Made by a program: the position numbers and the translations under genes
Notes under the pieces: model-generated
What the model was told of the DNA's origin: nothing
Seen by the model: only the letters and a program-made list of their open reading frames with translations
Database searches by the model: none
Assembly (NCBI GenBank): GCA_001949185.1
Contig: BDGG01000004.1
Span: 2,319,620-2,383,619, forward strand
Origin: Ramazzottius varieornatus
Taxonomy: Eukaryota; Animalia; Tardigrada
Direction of reading: 5' to 3'
DNA: 64,000 bases
Shown: positions 50,360 through 64,000 of the stretch, one piece after another
How positions within the stretch are numbered: position 1 is the stretch's first letter
Layout of the letters: every line of letters begins with the position of its first letter

Positions 50360-53300
50360 ATGTTCAGCAAAAAACATTCGGATCTGCAGAAGTCGCTTGT
50401 GAAGTTGAGCGACAACAAGAAGGACATAAAAACTCGATTCAAGCACCTGAAAGTTATCTTAGGTAAGAATTTCTTACGCCAGTTATATACTAACGGTGAA
50501 GCATCACTCTGAGTTCAATCCATCAATAACACTGCGCCAACTTTTAGACAACGGAAATGCTGTCGAAAGCAAGAAGATTCTGTCAGAAGACACGGAGGAG
50601 GTTTTCCGACTCTTCACCGAGAACTTTAGCGCGCTTGACCAGTCGCTGAAGCTGAAAGGTATAATCGCTCTCGACAATCTACTCAGTTTTGTCGTAGGTT
50701 GACACGAGCGCTGAACAGCACGGAGAGCAACATCATGCCAACGTGCTACTCGAATAACCCCGAATAGTACAAGAAGTTGTTGTGGAAATCGCAAAACGAA
50801 GATTTTACTTTTTAGGCCAGCGAGTTGGCAAAGAGGAAATCGACAACACTCTGCACTCCTTGGAAAAACTTCTACTGTTGTTACCGGAGTATGTCCGTAA
50901 CAACGCGGAACAGTTAGCAATAATCGGTACGCGTTCGAACCTCGACTTCGATCGGGTCATCCCCGTGTTTGAGGCTGATCTGAACTTTTCATTTCGTGTC
51001 ACAGTTACTATCCTGAAAAGATGCCTTCATCCCGGAAGTACTTTACGAGTATGTAGTCAACTCCTTACGATAGTGCGTTCTTTGAAAATCCGTACATTCT
51101 ATAGAGGAAACTCTTGCAGTTGCGGCACGATGCGATGCGGCCTTTCCTAATTTATTACCAAATCATGCGGGATTCTTGCCCCGAAGACCTGCATCTGATG
51201 TTTGGACTGCTGGTTCCTGGCCTGCTACGGGAGCCTTTTGGCGACCCGCAGAGGATCAGCTCCATCTTTCATGGCACCCCGCCATTGCTCCATCCACCTC
51301 CGGGCGAGAAGCCTCCGGACCAAATCACACGACTGATGTTCGAAACACTTTTGGATTACCTGGTATCCCAAGTACGTTTCTTCTTCTGTGTATCTCTGCT
51401 GTGCTGTACGAGTGCAGAAGTGACAAACCATTGTCAAAGTTTTTTACGATAGGTCTTTCGGATTCGATGGGACCTCCCGGAAGAGTACCAAGCGTCGTTT
51501 CTATTCATATTCGAAAGATTCAAGAATGTTTACCTCCCTCATGTGTTTCCTCGTGTTCGCACCTCCGCGGTTGCTTCGAGAGGTACTAGGCTCCACTCTT
51601 AATAACCGTTCTGAGTAACTGCGAAACCTGTGGTTTGTCATTGGTTTTATAGTCTAGTTTTTCCTTGTAGTGGAAATGGCTACACCGGTCACTGCCCCTG
51701 TACCAACGGAACCCACGACGTTATCGCTGCAGGTTGCCACCACGAAGTGGCTTGTTACGTTTCTGCAATGTCCGGACAGTTTGCGAGGGGACTCTAGTAA
51801 TGATTCGCAGTACAGCAGGTACCGTGGCCCTTTACTCCGCACTTTAGGGTAGATTAGAGCAGTTGTGCATTGTAACAAGCTCCACGTGTATTTCGTTATT
51901 CAGAGAGCATGAAGGTAGTCCGGACCATTCCGACCAGCAAAGTAGCAATGCGGGGAAAATTTCGCGGGAATCGTCGAGCTCTGGGTTCGCTTCTGCAGTC
52001 CAGAGTCTTTGGCATTCGGACCAAAGTTTTCACAGCAACGCCCAGAAGGCGCATAATGTCTGGTATCCACTGAGTGTGTATTCCCTGGTTCGATCCATCC
52101 TTCTGTCGAACCCGCAGAATACTGCACTTATCCATGGAATTTTCGAGACTGTAAGTCGGAAATAGTCAGGATTTTGCTGCGTTTCCCGAAGTGAAGCCAT
52201 CAGTCATATGTTACGGCTCTCTGGATAAACCAATGGTTGGTTGGACTCTTATAGGCCTTACAGTTTCCCGTCCGGGAGACATTTGTGATACGAAGAGTTA
52301 TCAGCGTGTACCATAGTTGGATTTCGGTAAGTCAAATTACCTATCTGCAAAGCATGTAGTTGTGTCTCTTTTTCGGGGTCCTGTAAATGTACTGAGTCAT
52401 TCTGTAGCTTGACATGAAAGATGACAATGCACGACAGTCCTCGTCGGTTGGAGGCGCGGACGCAACAGACAGTGGTTCGCGGACAAGTGGTGAACGGTCT
52501 CACATATTCGGAAGTCAGAACGCCTTGAAGGTCTTCTGCACGAACTCTGTGTATACTTTCATATCGCATGACGGTGGCATCGATTCCCTGTCGTCTCCTA
52601 CCCGAAGTCAGACATTAGACGACCAGGTAAGTGGAGGAGAACCTTTTCTGATAGAGTTCGTTCTATCCGTACTGATACCTTTTCGATTTTGTGCAGGAAG
52701 ATCTGTGTAAACGGGTTATCGCATTATATCGTCACGCGATCACCAAAGTTCCCATGTCGCTTTCGTCATGGGAATGCATACTGTCTACCCTGCTTCGGGT
52801 TCTCACCGTACTGATGCCGCTGAATCCGCCCAAAGATCGTCTTTCCTTGTTGTGTGGAAGATTGGCGGTTCCAGTCTTTCAGGTTGGACTTTCTACGAGC
52901 TGAATTTTCTCGCAGACGTTCGTCCTGATTATTTTTATTTGCGTTTTAGACTGTTCTGGTGGCGTGGGTTAAAGGTACTATGAGCGCCGTCATATCAGTG
53001 AAGTTATGGGATGATTTGACGGACTTGCTGTCCACGCTGACAGCATGGGATGAGTTGATCATTCGCTGGGAGGTAAGTCCTGTTAAAACAAAACCAGAAC
53101 ACTATCTCATTTCCTGGCAATCATATAGTGAATGAGTCATAATATAAATACTTGTCTACTTTCAGAAAACATTGGAACTGATAACAAAGATGCTCGCCAC
53201 TGAGGTCTTTGGAATACCATCAGAAATTGAGAACAGCGAGGATAGCCGCAGAGTACTAGAAGCAAGTCCCGTGACGAACGAACGGGAAAAGGACGGAACC

Positions 53301-56300
53301 CTTACAGCAGCCGTGAACTTCCTCAGACCACGATCTAACGCTTCGAACGACATTGAACATCTAGCTGCTTATAACCCGAGGAACAGCTACGGCCCAAGCG
53401 AGACCAGTGGTATGGATGACACGAGCCTTTCGGACATTCCGGAACCGGAAGAACTCGACGAAGATCGGGGTTCCACCCTTAAAGCTGGTGAGAAACTCAT
53501 TCCGTCATTTCACGTGCCGTTTGCTTGACATTTGAATCATATTTTTCTGCAGGAGAAAATAGGCAAAGGAATTTTTCCGGAGAGAATGAACAACGTTCGG
53601 AGGACCGTTGTACCCAGTTTGCCAAGTTCCTGGATTCTTCGCTGTCATCTTCTACTCCAGACTCTTTGAAAGATAGGGACAGCCTGAATTCACCGTTGTT
53701 CTACCCGTTGGTCGAAATCGATCGACAGAGAGCTCGTAAGTATGGTCTGTCATTTTGAATAAGTGGATGTAAGCCACTGTGACTCTCTCAGGGCGTTGTC
53801 AGTTATTCCAATCTCATTGCTTTGGCAGCTTCCGCTTCGTCGTGGATCAGCGTCATGGCTGGTGGGCAGATGCAGGGATGGTCCCCTGACTCGACTTGCG
53901 CCCTGTGGTTCCGCGTCTTTGGCGTAATTGGTCCCGTCAACAAAATCAAACAACCCATCTCTCACAAGTTCGCCCTGCAGTCTGTCAACCATATCGTCCA
54001 CCTCTTACATGCTGTAAGGTTTTGCTCCAGAATCGATTACGTATTGTTAAATGAAAAGTTTAATGTAAGCACGTCCAACCCGATCAAAAATGATCGATAT
54101 ATCTGAGACGGCCATATAACATAATAGCCTATTTACGGGGGAAACCGTAAGATCGATACTAGATATGAAATCAGAGTGGGCGATAAAGTTTGTTCCTTGT
54201 AGATTCATGAGAAGGAGCGGCACATCAGTAGTGAGCTTTCCATTCCGAAGACAGAGTCCTTCATTCCGGTGTCTATCGTTGTCCCGCTGTTGTGCGAGGC
54301 CACGGATCTACCAGATACTTTCCATGAAAGTCAAGTGCTGGCCTTGCAGATGCTGCTAGAAATAGCATTTCGCGTGTCTTCGCTGCCAAAGGGTTTCCTT
54401 GGTCAGTTGTTCCATGTGGTTCACAAGAGTCTTTTGTCTCAAGACCAGGTAGGAATACAGCATCCAAAAAAAAGTTTGCTCGTTCATATCAAATTCTTCA
54501 GTGCTCTTTCATGTGTCTCTTCGTCTAAAGGGGCTGATCGAAACAACATTGAACTACGGTGGGATGCGTTTGTTCCTGGGTGGGCTTCCGTCCGCGTATT
54601 TGCTGCTCGAAGATGTTCTGCGCTCGGCGGAGCATCTACTCGGTGTTGAGAATCCGCCCTTGCAGCTGACAAGTATCCGCATCGTCACCTCGGTTTTGTC
54701 TTACCTGAAAACCCTGCCGAAGCATTTCGAGGTCTTTTGCCCAACTGGGAATGCCTTGCCAGATGTGCAGGTGGTTGTTCGTGAGGAGCTTGAACAGAAG
54801 TTCTACGATGTCATCTTTCGCTATACCGAAGCAGAATATCCGCCTCTAATAAGGTGCGCTTAATCCGTTGTGCCGAGTTGTTCTTTCCCTTTCTCGGGGT
54901 GACCATTTTGTTCGTTTCAGAATTTCCGCTTTCTACTGCATCGGCCGGGTTCTCACACGCCTGTTGGACAAGGACGAAGATTTTGACTTGCCGATCGCAG
55001 AAAAGTTCGTCAGCAGTCTGCTAAGCGCACTTCGCCAACGCGCGGACGAGGGAGCTTCAGAAGCGACCGACGTCCTCTTCATGCTGAGTATTCACGCCAA
55101 AGATTTGCTGCGCCTCAACCGCACGATCGTTATGAGCGTCGTGGAGACGATCTGTGCTGTTGTGAACCAGATGGCCGGCGATCTTCAGAATGGATCCGAA
55201 CTGACAAGAACATCTGAAGAGGTAAGTCAGCCAGGGTCGCTTTGTCTCTTTGCGATTTTGACCTTACATCACTCTTTTTCTTGCAGCTGTTTGTGAAGCT
55301 GATGTTTTGCATGTGCGAATGGATGACTTGCACTCCTCATGTAATCTCGGCTTCGGTCAGCAGACCTGATGACATGTCCGTCCGAGAGCTGATAGAGCAG
55401 GTGTGTACAGTATGGAAGGAGATGTCCAAGAGTTCACTCATGGGCATTCCTCTATTCTTTGTTCTTGTCCACAGGTGCTGCAGAGGGTTGCCTTGCTCAG
55501 CGATCCATTGATAAGACTCAACAACGCCGAATTGGCATCGAAGGTGGAAGAAGTGCGGTCAAAAGGTCGCCGGGGTTTCTCGGATCACCTGATATCTGAC
55601 CGACGGTACTCGGCTGATGTGGCTACCACGAACAACCATAAAGCAGGTGAGGAAGAGCAGGTCCTGACAAGAAGAACCACATCCATCTTCGGGCGACCTC
55701 CACCGGATGTCCCCAAGGAGAAAGAAAAGCCAGCTGCGCTAGTTCCGGCACTCGTCATCAAGTCGCAACCTGTCTTCGAAGCCGATTCACGCTTTCGCAC
55801 GCTGAAACTCGCGGGAACATACGTGAGGCAGCCTTTGCTTTCAGGTATCAAGTGCCCAACATTATGGGATTTGTTGCTGTAGGTCGCCCGACACTTCACC
55901 AGCCTTTTGAATGCTCTGCCCGACGCTCCCGCATGGGTTCTCCCGGGAAGTTCGGTGTCAGAGGGAGACGGCATGGAAGCAAATGATCTGCAGTCCAACG
56001 AAAATCTACAGATCTTCACTACATATGACACTGTCATCTCGGTGATTGCTTTGGTAAGCTGATGTTTTTCGACCTCGCAGATGTATCGTGTCTGTTATCA
56101 GTTGCGTATCTATCTTAACAGTCCTTCTTATCTCTTAGAAAACTGGTATGGACGAAGAAAGGCCGGACCAGCTGTCCACAGTCCCGGGTTCGACGTCCAT
56201 CTATCCGATGATCCGAATTATAGTCCGCGACTTAGCTGGGAAATACTGCTACGATATCCAGACCTTGTTCGGGAACGATGACGTCATAGACAGCCTTTAT

Positions 56301-58093
56301 GAAACTCGTAAGCTGGGACTTGCCACTCTTACATTTGTATAATTAAGAATGAGTTCTTCTTGCAGAAACCCTTGTTACTGGACGTCCACCTCCTGAATCT
56401 CCCGCCTCGTATGACGAAAGAATAAGAAGACGATCTGACTCCTTACATTACAAGTCGCCTGAAACCGTGCAGGAACCTCTGGACCTCGATGCGCTAAGTT
56501 CCGCAGCAGACCCTACACTTGCGGTATGATTGTTCCGACCGTAGTTCGAATTCTGTTGTTAAATCGAAGGTTTTACTGTACTACACAGATTATGAAGTAT
56601 GTCGAAAAGACATCGCCAGATCTGGGATTGCTGCGTAATCACCCGATAAATGAGGCTGGTCCTCCGCCCGCTGGCGTCACTGAGGAGCAAGAAGCGCATG
56701 CTGTGGCTCTTCTTCAGGCTCAAGACGATATCATGCATTCCCACGTTGCTGATATGTTGAGGCTGGAGCAGTAAGTCTACCCATACTTTCTACTCACAAC
56801 GATCAGTTGGATGTTTCAAAACTGGAAGGCTTTGTACAAACGATTTCTGCTGCAGATTATGGGCGACAGCAAGTCAGGCAAAGCCTTATGAAGCACCGCA
56901 GTCGCCCTTTTCCTACTGCTCCCGGTTCTTGTCGCAGTTAGGATATAGCGGACAAGCAAGACGGTACGCTGACTCTCCTTGAAGCTTATTTTCGTCTTCG
57001 ACTGTTTATTTTGTTCATCGCGGTTCTCTGTGTGTTCCAGGCAGCATGTTCATCTTCTGAATCGGAGAGGAGAAACATTTCGTGACTTGAAACTTCTCGA
57101 CAAGCGTCCCAAGTAAGTCCACCGTTTCACCGGCAGTTGCTGTCTGTCTAAGATATACAGCAAGAACACGTTCTTTCATCTAGTCGTGAGACGCATAAAA
57201 TTGCTGTGATATACGTCGGACGAGCCCAAGAAGACAAGTCTTCGGTGATGACCAACGACACTGGAAGTGCCGAGTACGAAGCCTTTGTCAGTCGTCTAGG
57301 CTGGAAGATCGACGTGGCTTCGCATGGCGGATTCCGCGGTGGATTGCCGCACAACTCCAAACAGTTCAGCGAAGCCATCTACTACGCCTCGGCCACCGTC
57401 GAGATCCTCTTCCACGTAGCGACCTTGATTCCCGCCATCTCGACCGAAGACCACACAGCCAAGATGCGCCATATTGGCAATGACGAGGTGCACATTGTCT
57501 GGTCCGACCACAGCGAGCCATACGACCGCTCCATCCTCAAGACAAAGTTCGCCGACGTGATCATCTGTATATACCCCACAGTCGTTCCAGCTCTCTACCG
57601 TGTACAGATTCTCCAGAAAGCCGACATTCCTCCCTTTGGACCACTTTACGACGGGGCCGTCGTGGAAGAAAGTAGCTTGGCTGACCTAGTTCGCAGTACT
57701 GCACTGTACGCTGGCCGTGCTTGCAGACACAAGCTGGAAGGCTACCAGTACTTCTTCCAAGAACGGGCTGATTACATGCGTTCTCTGATTCAGAGTCATT
57801 CTTTAGAAAGCACGACGACTTATGAATCTTTTCTAACAGCGCTGATGTCTCCTCAGTTACCAAAGAACTCTGTGCCTTCTGTCCCACCACCGGATGTCGG
57901 CTTGGTACTTCGACCATCGTGGAGGGACTCGCAGCGAAGACACAATGAACGGGCCAGGCAGGTACTGCTGCAGCGTCGCACTCAGGGACCGCAGAATCAA
58001 GAGACGCCTGCCAAGGCTCTACAGCCCAACTTTGGAGCCAGGTATTCGTACCCGCTGCAACTGGGAGCGAACCCGGCGGCCACTGATGTTTGA
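50360..58093 (+). CDS. RALGAPA1: Ral GTPase-activating protein subunit alpha, many exons
   Basis: MFSKKHSDLQKSL...TRFKHLKVIL, LEKLLLLLPE, SVMAGGQMQGWSPD, IIVRDLAGKYCYD, Rap/Ran-GAP domain THKIAVIYVG...RHIGNDEVHIVW...PFGPLYDG. Confidence 0.93.
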
Positions 58094-58784
58094 TGACTTG
58101 TTGAAATAATGAAATGATATCTTTCTGATCTTTCTCTACTTCTTTCCATTTCCTCCTGATGGGCTTTTCCGTCCAGCCTTGCTGTGACCCTTTTAGTTTT
58201 AGCTTGTATAGGCCTTCTTGTCATTATTCTTATAGCGGAATGGGAGACTTCCGATTTAGCTCAACTTCCGGTGTGACTTATTACTGATAAAAGCAACGTC
58301 TGAAGCGTAGACGAAAGCGCTGGGGACGCAGTCGCTGGGATGTTCTTCTTTCTCGTGTGCGTGAACCGTGACGAAACTGACACTCATGTTTGAGCAGTGA
58401 AGATTCTAAATTTAACTTCGCTCTTGAAGAGTGACGAGATTTTACAGTAGCAGCAAGGGTGCGGCATGTTTTCGTGGTACAGCAATATTTTATGCAAACA
58501 TGCCATATCAAACCCGGTTTTGCCCCACCGTGGCATCTTGCGAGCGCAGTAGAATCTCAGAGGTTTTACTGAGCGTCCCATACCGTTTTTTTGCGTGATT
58601 GATACACTTCTGATCCACGGGTGAGAAAATCGCTGATATTCGTACTGCATGGGCAGTTCGCCGCAGTTGTAGACATAAGGTATTGAATTGTTCGATAATG
58701 ACGCCAAACAATGTGAATGATTCTACTGTATTTTGTAGGACGTGCTGATGGTCGTCTTTCGATCCCTACTGCATCCGCTTGGAT

Positions 58785-61377
58785 ATGGAGCAACTCGCCC
58801 TGCTGTCGGTGCCGAACAAGGTTCCGAGCAGCCGACGATCATCTCTCAGTGTTCGGCGGAAGTCGTCTCTTTGTCCAGAGATCAGTCTGCTGGGGTCGAG
58901 TCACTACTCTCACGTGGAGATTATCAGCTGCAACACTTTCGACTCGGATATACACGTTGAGATCTGCCAGCTCTTCGCAACACTAAATACCTTGTGGGAA
59001 TCGGAAGATCCATGTGATGTGGCCATCGTCGTGGGCCAGACTACAGTCGACGCACATAAGAAAGTTCTTTCACACTTCAGGTTTGCAAATATCCCACCGG
59101 GAGGCTGATCAAATTTCTACATATAACTGTGATTTTCCTGATGACATACTGTATGTCTGTGTTTATTATATAATTATAGTCCATACTTCCGGGCCATGTT
59201 CGAAGCGAGAATGGCGGAGAGCCAGCAGGACATTATCGAGCTCCATGACGTGGACGCCACTGCTGTGGAGGATGTCATCGGCTTTGCTTACAGCGGGAAG
59301 TTGACTCTTCGCCAGGACAACGTCCAGCAGATTACGGAAACCGGTTCCATGTTCCAATTGGGCCTTATTCTAATAGAATGTTGCCGATACTTGAGGAACG
59401 AGCTGGACCCTGCAAACTGTCTGGGGATCGCGCAGTTTGCCGACACCTACAACCTCGCAACAATGGACCTGCCGAATTTGGCCCGAAACTTTGCGCGTGT
59501 TCACTTCAGTGAACTGACGCACTGCGAAGAATTCCTAGAGTTGGACACCACTCAACTTGTGGATCTTCTTTCTTCCCCCTATCTGTCCTGTGATAACGAA
59601 GAACAGGTGTACGAGGTTGGGAAACTCCAGACTAACGCCTATTGATCCGTTTTTAGTTGATCACTTCCCTTTTTGTAGTTTAGATGTGCGTGAACTGGCT
59701 CCTGTACGAGCCCGCGGACAGGGTACTGCATGTCCCGGAAGTACTGGACAAAGTCCACTTATGCCTAATGAAACTGGAGTATCTCAGTGCTCTGACAGAG
59801 TCTGTGGAACCACATGCGTCACCGTTCAAGGAGATCAGGTCGTACCTGTTGGATCAGCTTGATCGATGGCCCGGGAACTGTCCTTGCAATAACGGACCTC
59901 TCAAATATTGCCATCGAAGGCGGCACCTCCAGGAGAACTTGTGTATACTAGGTATACCCAGCCTATTCACCATTTCTGCACAAATTTATGCATATCGTAA
60001 TGTTGGTTCCATTTTCACAGGTGGTCTCACGCCGACCGGTTCGCGGGAGTTGGAAATGGATAAGTACAATCCAGCGACGAGGGAGTGGACAGAGTTTGAC
60101 AAAATGCTCGGAAGAAAGACTGGCGTAGGCGCTGCGGAAATGGACGATTTTCTTTACGTCGCCGGTGGATCTGATCCGAAAATTGTCTACAGGACCGTCC
60201 AAAAGCAAGTGAACATTTTTAACATATCGGAAGTTGAAAGGGCCAGAAAAGTTCAGCCAGTGACATCTCTTGGTTTGTTTGTAGGTATAGTCCACGGCCC
60301 GAGGTGCCTGTGTGGTTAACGGATGTTGCGTCGATGATAAGCTCACGAGCTTACTTCTGTCTAGTCAAAGCCATAAACGGGTTCCTGTACGCCATCGGAG
60401 GATGGGTAAGGAGCCACAGCCACTACTGAATTGGATCAGCCACATTATCTAGCATTTTGTGTCTTAATTCTTCGATAGCTCGTTTGATTGCCTCTCTTTG
60501 TAGAACAACGATGGTGAATGTTTGAAATCAGTGGAACGCTATGATCCTATCCGCAATAGATGGAGTTCGACTACACCCATGAGTTCGAAGCGCAGTGGAG
60601 CGGGTTGTGCTGCAATGATGGATCATATTTATGTCTGTGGTGGAAATGATGGTGAGCATAAATAAGATTTTCAATCACTGGGATCAGAGACTCGCTTGTC
60701 TCGGGTCCTTCCGAAGATCGCGGAACCCATGAACTGGCCGTTTATGCGGCTATAGGTTTCACCCCTCAATGTTTTACAAAGCGATTATTAGATGTTGTAT
60801 GACCAGTTCGTGTAGAATACGCTTTGTAGGAATATTCACGTTGAACTCTGTGGAACGGCTTAACCTGGATTCACACGTTTGGGAACCCGTTCCGCCCATG
60901 CAAGAAAAGCGTTGCGATTTGGGTTGCGCTGTTCTGAACAATTTCCTCTATGCCGTGGGAGGCAGGTAAGAACGACGGTTGATACTATCCCGTTCTCAGA
61001 TCACTCAGAGAGAAGGATATCAGAATTTCAACCATTGAGTTTTGCCGCAGTAAACAAGACCACGCTTCCTGCGAAAGACTCAACATCCGAAGTCAAGTAT
61101 GGGAAGTTATCTCGCCAATGACTTCTTTGGTAAGCACAAATTGCCACCAAACAACAAGGCGCTCTTTCCTCGTGCAAAATTAACATATCTTCAGCGTCCG
61201 CATGGGTCCATCGGAGCCAAGTTCATCAAGAACATTTTGTACGTGGTCGGAGGTTCGGACAGAAATGTTCCGAACGAGCTCGAAGCGTACAACCCGGAAA
61301 CCGACAGCTGGACGCCTCAGCCATCAATGAAAAACCCAAGTCGGATACAGGGTGGCTATGTAGTCCTTACACTGTGA
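58785..61377 (+). CDS. Kelch-like protein (BTB-BACK-Kelch), spliced
   Basis: [37 protein letters not shown], repeated GG/SVERYDP Kelch blades ending GGYVVLTL*. Confidence 0.9.
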
Positions 61378-62839
61378 TCGTGAGTCCCTTAATCCCGACA
61401 AGCGGTTAGCCCTGTCGTCGGCGACATCAATGTCTTCACAGTTACTTTAGGGATCGCTGGCTTTCTCAAACCGCAGTGACGTACAAGGCAGTGACGTCAA
61501 TGTACGTCATGATGGAAGAGCCGTGGATGTAAAACTGGATTCTGTGCTCGAGCTTCTACTGTGGCCAGCCTGATATTGTTGGTGCATTTTTTATGTATTA
61601 TGAAGACATTCAAGTGTGCTAAAAAATGTCTAGATGTCTCGTCTAAGTGCCATCGTTCCCCAAACAAATCACAGACGCTAACGTCTAACGTTATTGTAGG
61701 CGAGTGAATTGTGGGCGTATAACCACATAGGCGCTATTGTGATGGACACCAAGTGAGCGATTAAACTGCCCACTGCTGTCATCACCTATTCTTTTCACTA
61801 TTCCACGCTCTGACTTGATTCTTTAATCCCGAACACCACTCCGATTTTCCATTCATCTTCCGTGCATCCATTGTCAGGTGAAGCATAACTGTGCCCTGTA
61901 CAAAACCCCAGCAGGATTTGTCCTGACATGAATTTTCTCAAGTGATCACCTCGGGGACTTTCTCTCTGAAACAATCTTTCTCGACGATCAGGGTGGGCCC
62001 AAAAATGATTAGGGTTACGAAGATTCGGCAAATGCGACATGGCAAATGATTCGGACCAGATCATTTTCTCAAAAACACGCACGCTTTCAGGCTTGACAAG
62101 GAAGAGGTTCGCCACCTGAGATAACAACCTGGTTTAGTTGATTTTTCCCCATCCCAAACTATGTTTTCAAACCACTTTTTTCTTCAGATTGATAGTTGCC
62201 CGTCTTATCTTGGTTAAGAACTATGAATTCTTGTGGAAAATCGGCCGTAGCTGAAGTATTCATTATAACAGGCAGGCCGCGCATGACACCGAGTTATTGA
62301 ATTTTAGAGCTTGATGAAGAACTGATCTACAGCAGTGAACTCAGAACCGCTGGCGACCGGTGCGGGGCGCGTGTCAATTTGAAAAATAACTGTTATTGTA
62401 ACTGACAGTAATTGGCGCGAGATACTTGTCGATTCAGGTAACATCTAATTACGCATCCCGGAAGAAACGGCTGCGGCTTGTTACCTTTCATTGCTCCGGC
62501 TCCCCTTTCCCTCGACAAATTTTACTCGCTGTCCTAATTAGCCTAGGTAGGAAGGAACTAGAGAGGAAGTAGATGATGAGCCCTGAATGGAAATCAATGT
62601 GACATCAAAACCCAAATTTTTTGCATGAATGATTAGGGGAAGCTCCTGGGCACGGATCGTGTCAGAGAGTGAAGAGGAAGTTGCTGTCCTGTTTTAATTA
62701 GGTGCTTTGTGCTTATCGTGACGGTACGCTCTCCTATGTTTGTGGATGTCTGAAGGCATACAGTGGAATAAATTGAGGTATTCAAAATCTGTTCCAAAGT
62801 TTTTCCTCTAGTCCGAACGAGAAAAACGATGAAAGGCCG

Positions 62840-62925
62840 ACAAACTAAACGTACAAGATCTTTCTGCTGAATGGCGCATATCGTTCTGTTGTGTGGCGCC
62901 AACAGAAGGGAAATGTGCGCCACTT
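62840..62925. repeat. Family B palindromic repeat
   Basis: caaactaaacgtacaagatc...aatggcgcat...atgtgcgccactt. Confidence 0.6.
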
Positions 62926-63580
62926 CACGTAATGATGTACATTCCGTCTACCCACGTCCCAAATATTTTCAGCAGATCAAATAGGCGTTCTCAATTGAAG
63001 ACACTCTTTGGACTACCCAATTTGATCTTTCGAGAAATATTCATGGTGAAAACAGATGGAGTGACATCGAAGTAGGGTCGCCACGTTCGTCATGTGTCTT
63101 GAAGGTTGGACAAACGTTTCTTAGAAAATAAGGCTGTCGATGGAAAATTAATCAAGTAAATTACCTGTTATCTGACGAATAGTGACGATGGTGAATGGCG
63201 GTAACTGGCTTCATTTTCACCAGCTAAGATGCGGACGCATTGATAAGTGGCAATTCAACTAATGGATTGCTTTTCATACATTCTTGATTGAGTTGTCGGT
63301 CAATTAGCCGGTTAGAAAATTTGCCAAATTCTGTTTCTGGACCATTCAACGGGGGGAATTTTTCTCCATCAGCTTGATCGGATGGTCACGTTCAGTGCGC
63401 AATTTACGTAAGTGCCAACAACGCCTTCGTGACAAATTGACTGTAGCATTCCCGCTAGAGACTGCTCCCTCGGCCATTTCCCTTGGCGTCTTCTAAATAA
63501 AGTTGATCATCGGTCCTTAATGGCAATCAGCATACCAAAACTGTAACTACATCGAATTAAAAACTTAATATGAATCACAC

Positions 63581-63670
63581 TTGGGAGCTGGGCAAACGAA
63601 ACGTGCAAAATTGTTGTGTCGAGTGGCGCACGTTTTCATTGTGGGCTAGAAGAATGCGCCACTCAAACAA
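63581..63670. repeat. Family B palindromic repeat
   Basis: gggagctgggcaaacgaaacgtgc...gagtggcgcacg...tgcgccactc. Confidence 0.65.
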
Positions 63671-64000
63671 CGGTCTTGTGCGGTCAATTTTCCCTGTTTC
63701 TTCGGCGACGGAGTTCGCAGGTGTCCATCTGATCCATCATGTAAGTCGTATACTTTTCAATATCGTTTGAAACAGCAGTGTTCATGGGTGCGGTATGGTC
63801 CGACGAACAGAACCACGCCCTTCGTCGCTAACCAGCGTGCTTGCAAAAGGTCTTTCGGGTTCGCAGTGGTAGATTATCTGTATGGATAAAAGATTTTCTT
63901 TTTGGATTGTATGGGTGAGAACTTCTTCAGGAAGATGTTCAGATTCCGAGATGGAGGCTAGTTATTTTAATTTGTCTTTTGTACAGCACTTCTGCAGCGC

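Noticed and set aside
61798-64000. Short ORFs at the window end as a gene
   Set aside because: No recognisable domain and interrupted by stops; possibly decayed sequence that cannot be called.
1-64000. Known tardigrade tolerance genes (Dsup, CAHS, SAHS, MAHS) or horizontally acquired bacterial genes
   Set aside because: No ORF resembles them; all intact genes are intron-containing conserved animal genes. Most short ORFs in the track are antisense or off-frame shadows of these exons.

Overview
Gene-dense animal genomic DNA with many short (mostly about 60-150 nt) GT-AG introns. The ORF track assumes bacterial start codons and no splicing, so I rebuilt the gene models by joining exons by eye. 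Internal exon boundaries are approximate. The compact architecture and an unusual globin (Ala at E7, His at E11) point to a tardigrade, probably Ramazzottius; this is inference, not a search result. In order, the window holds a frameshifted DDE transposase, a decayed BTB gene, LETMD1(-), mRpL18(+), ACTR5(-), ZER1(+), FIBP(+), TFIIA large subunit(-), a DUSP10/MKP-type phosphatase(+), NELF-B(-), an N-myristoylated globin(-), SCAF4/8(+), MFSD11/UNC93-like(-), PKA-RI(-), RalGAP-alpha(+) and a BTB-BACK-Kelch gene(+). Non-coding DNA carries several small inverted-repeat elements: a pogo-like deletion derivative with perfect 58-bp TIRs, hAT-like MITEs, TA-flanked MITEs and a six-copy palindromic family centred on AGTGGCGCAC...GTGCGCCACT. 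I found no convincing novel multi-gene system. The best leads are the non-canonical membrane-anchored globin, the intronic palindrome family (three copies in SCAF introns) and an AP-1 motif cluster beside the JNK-type phosphatase.
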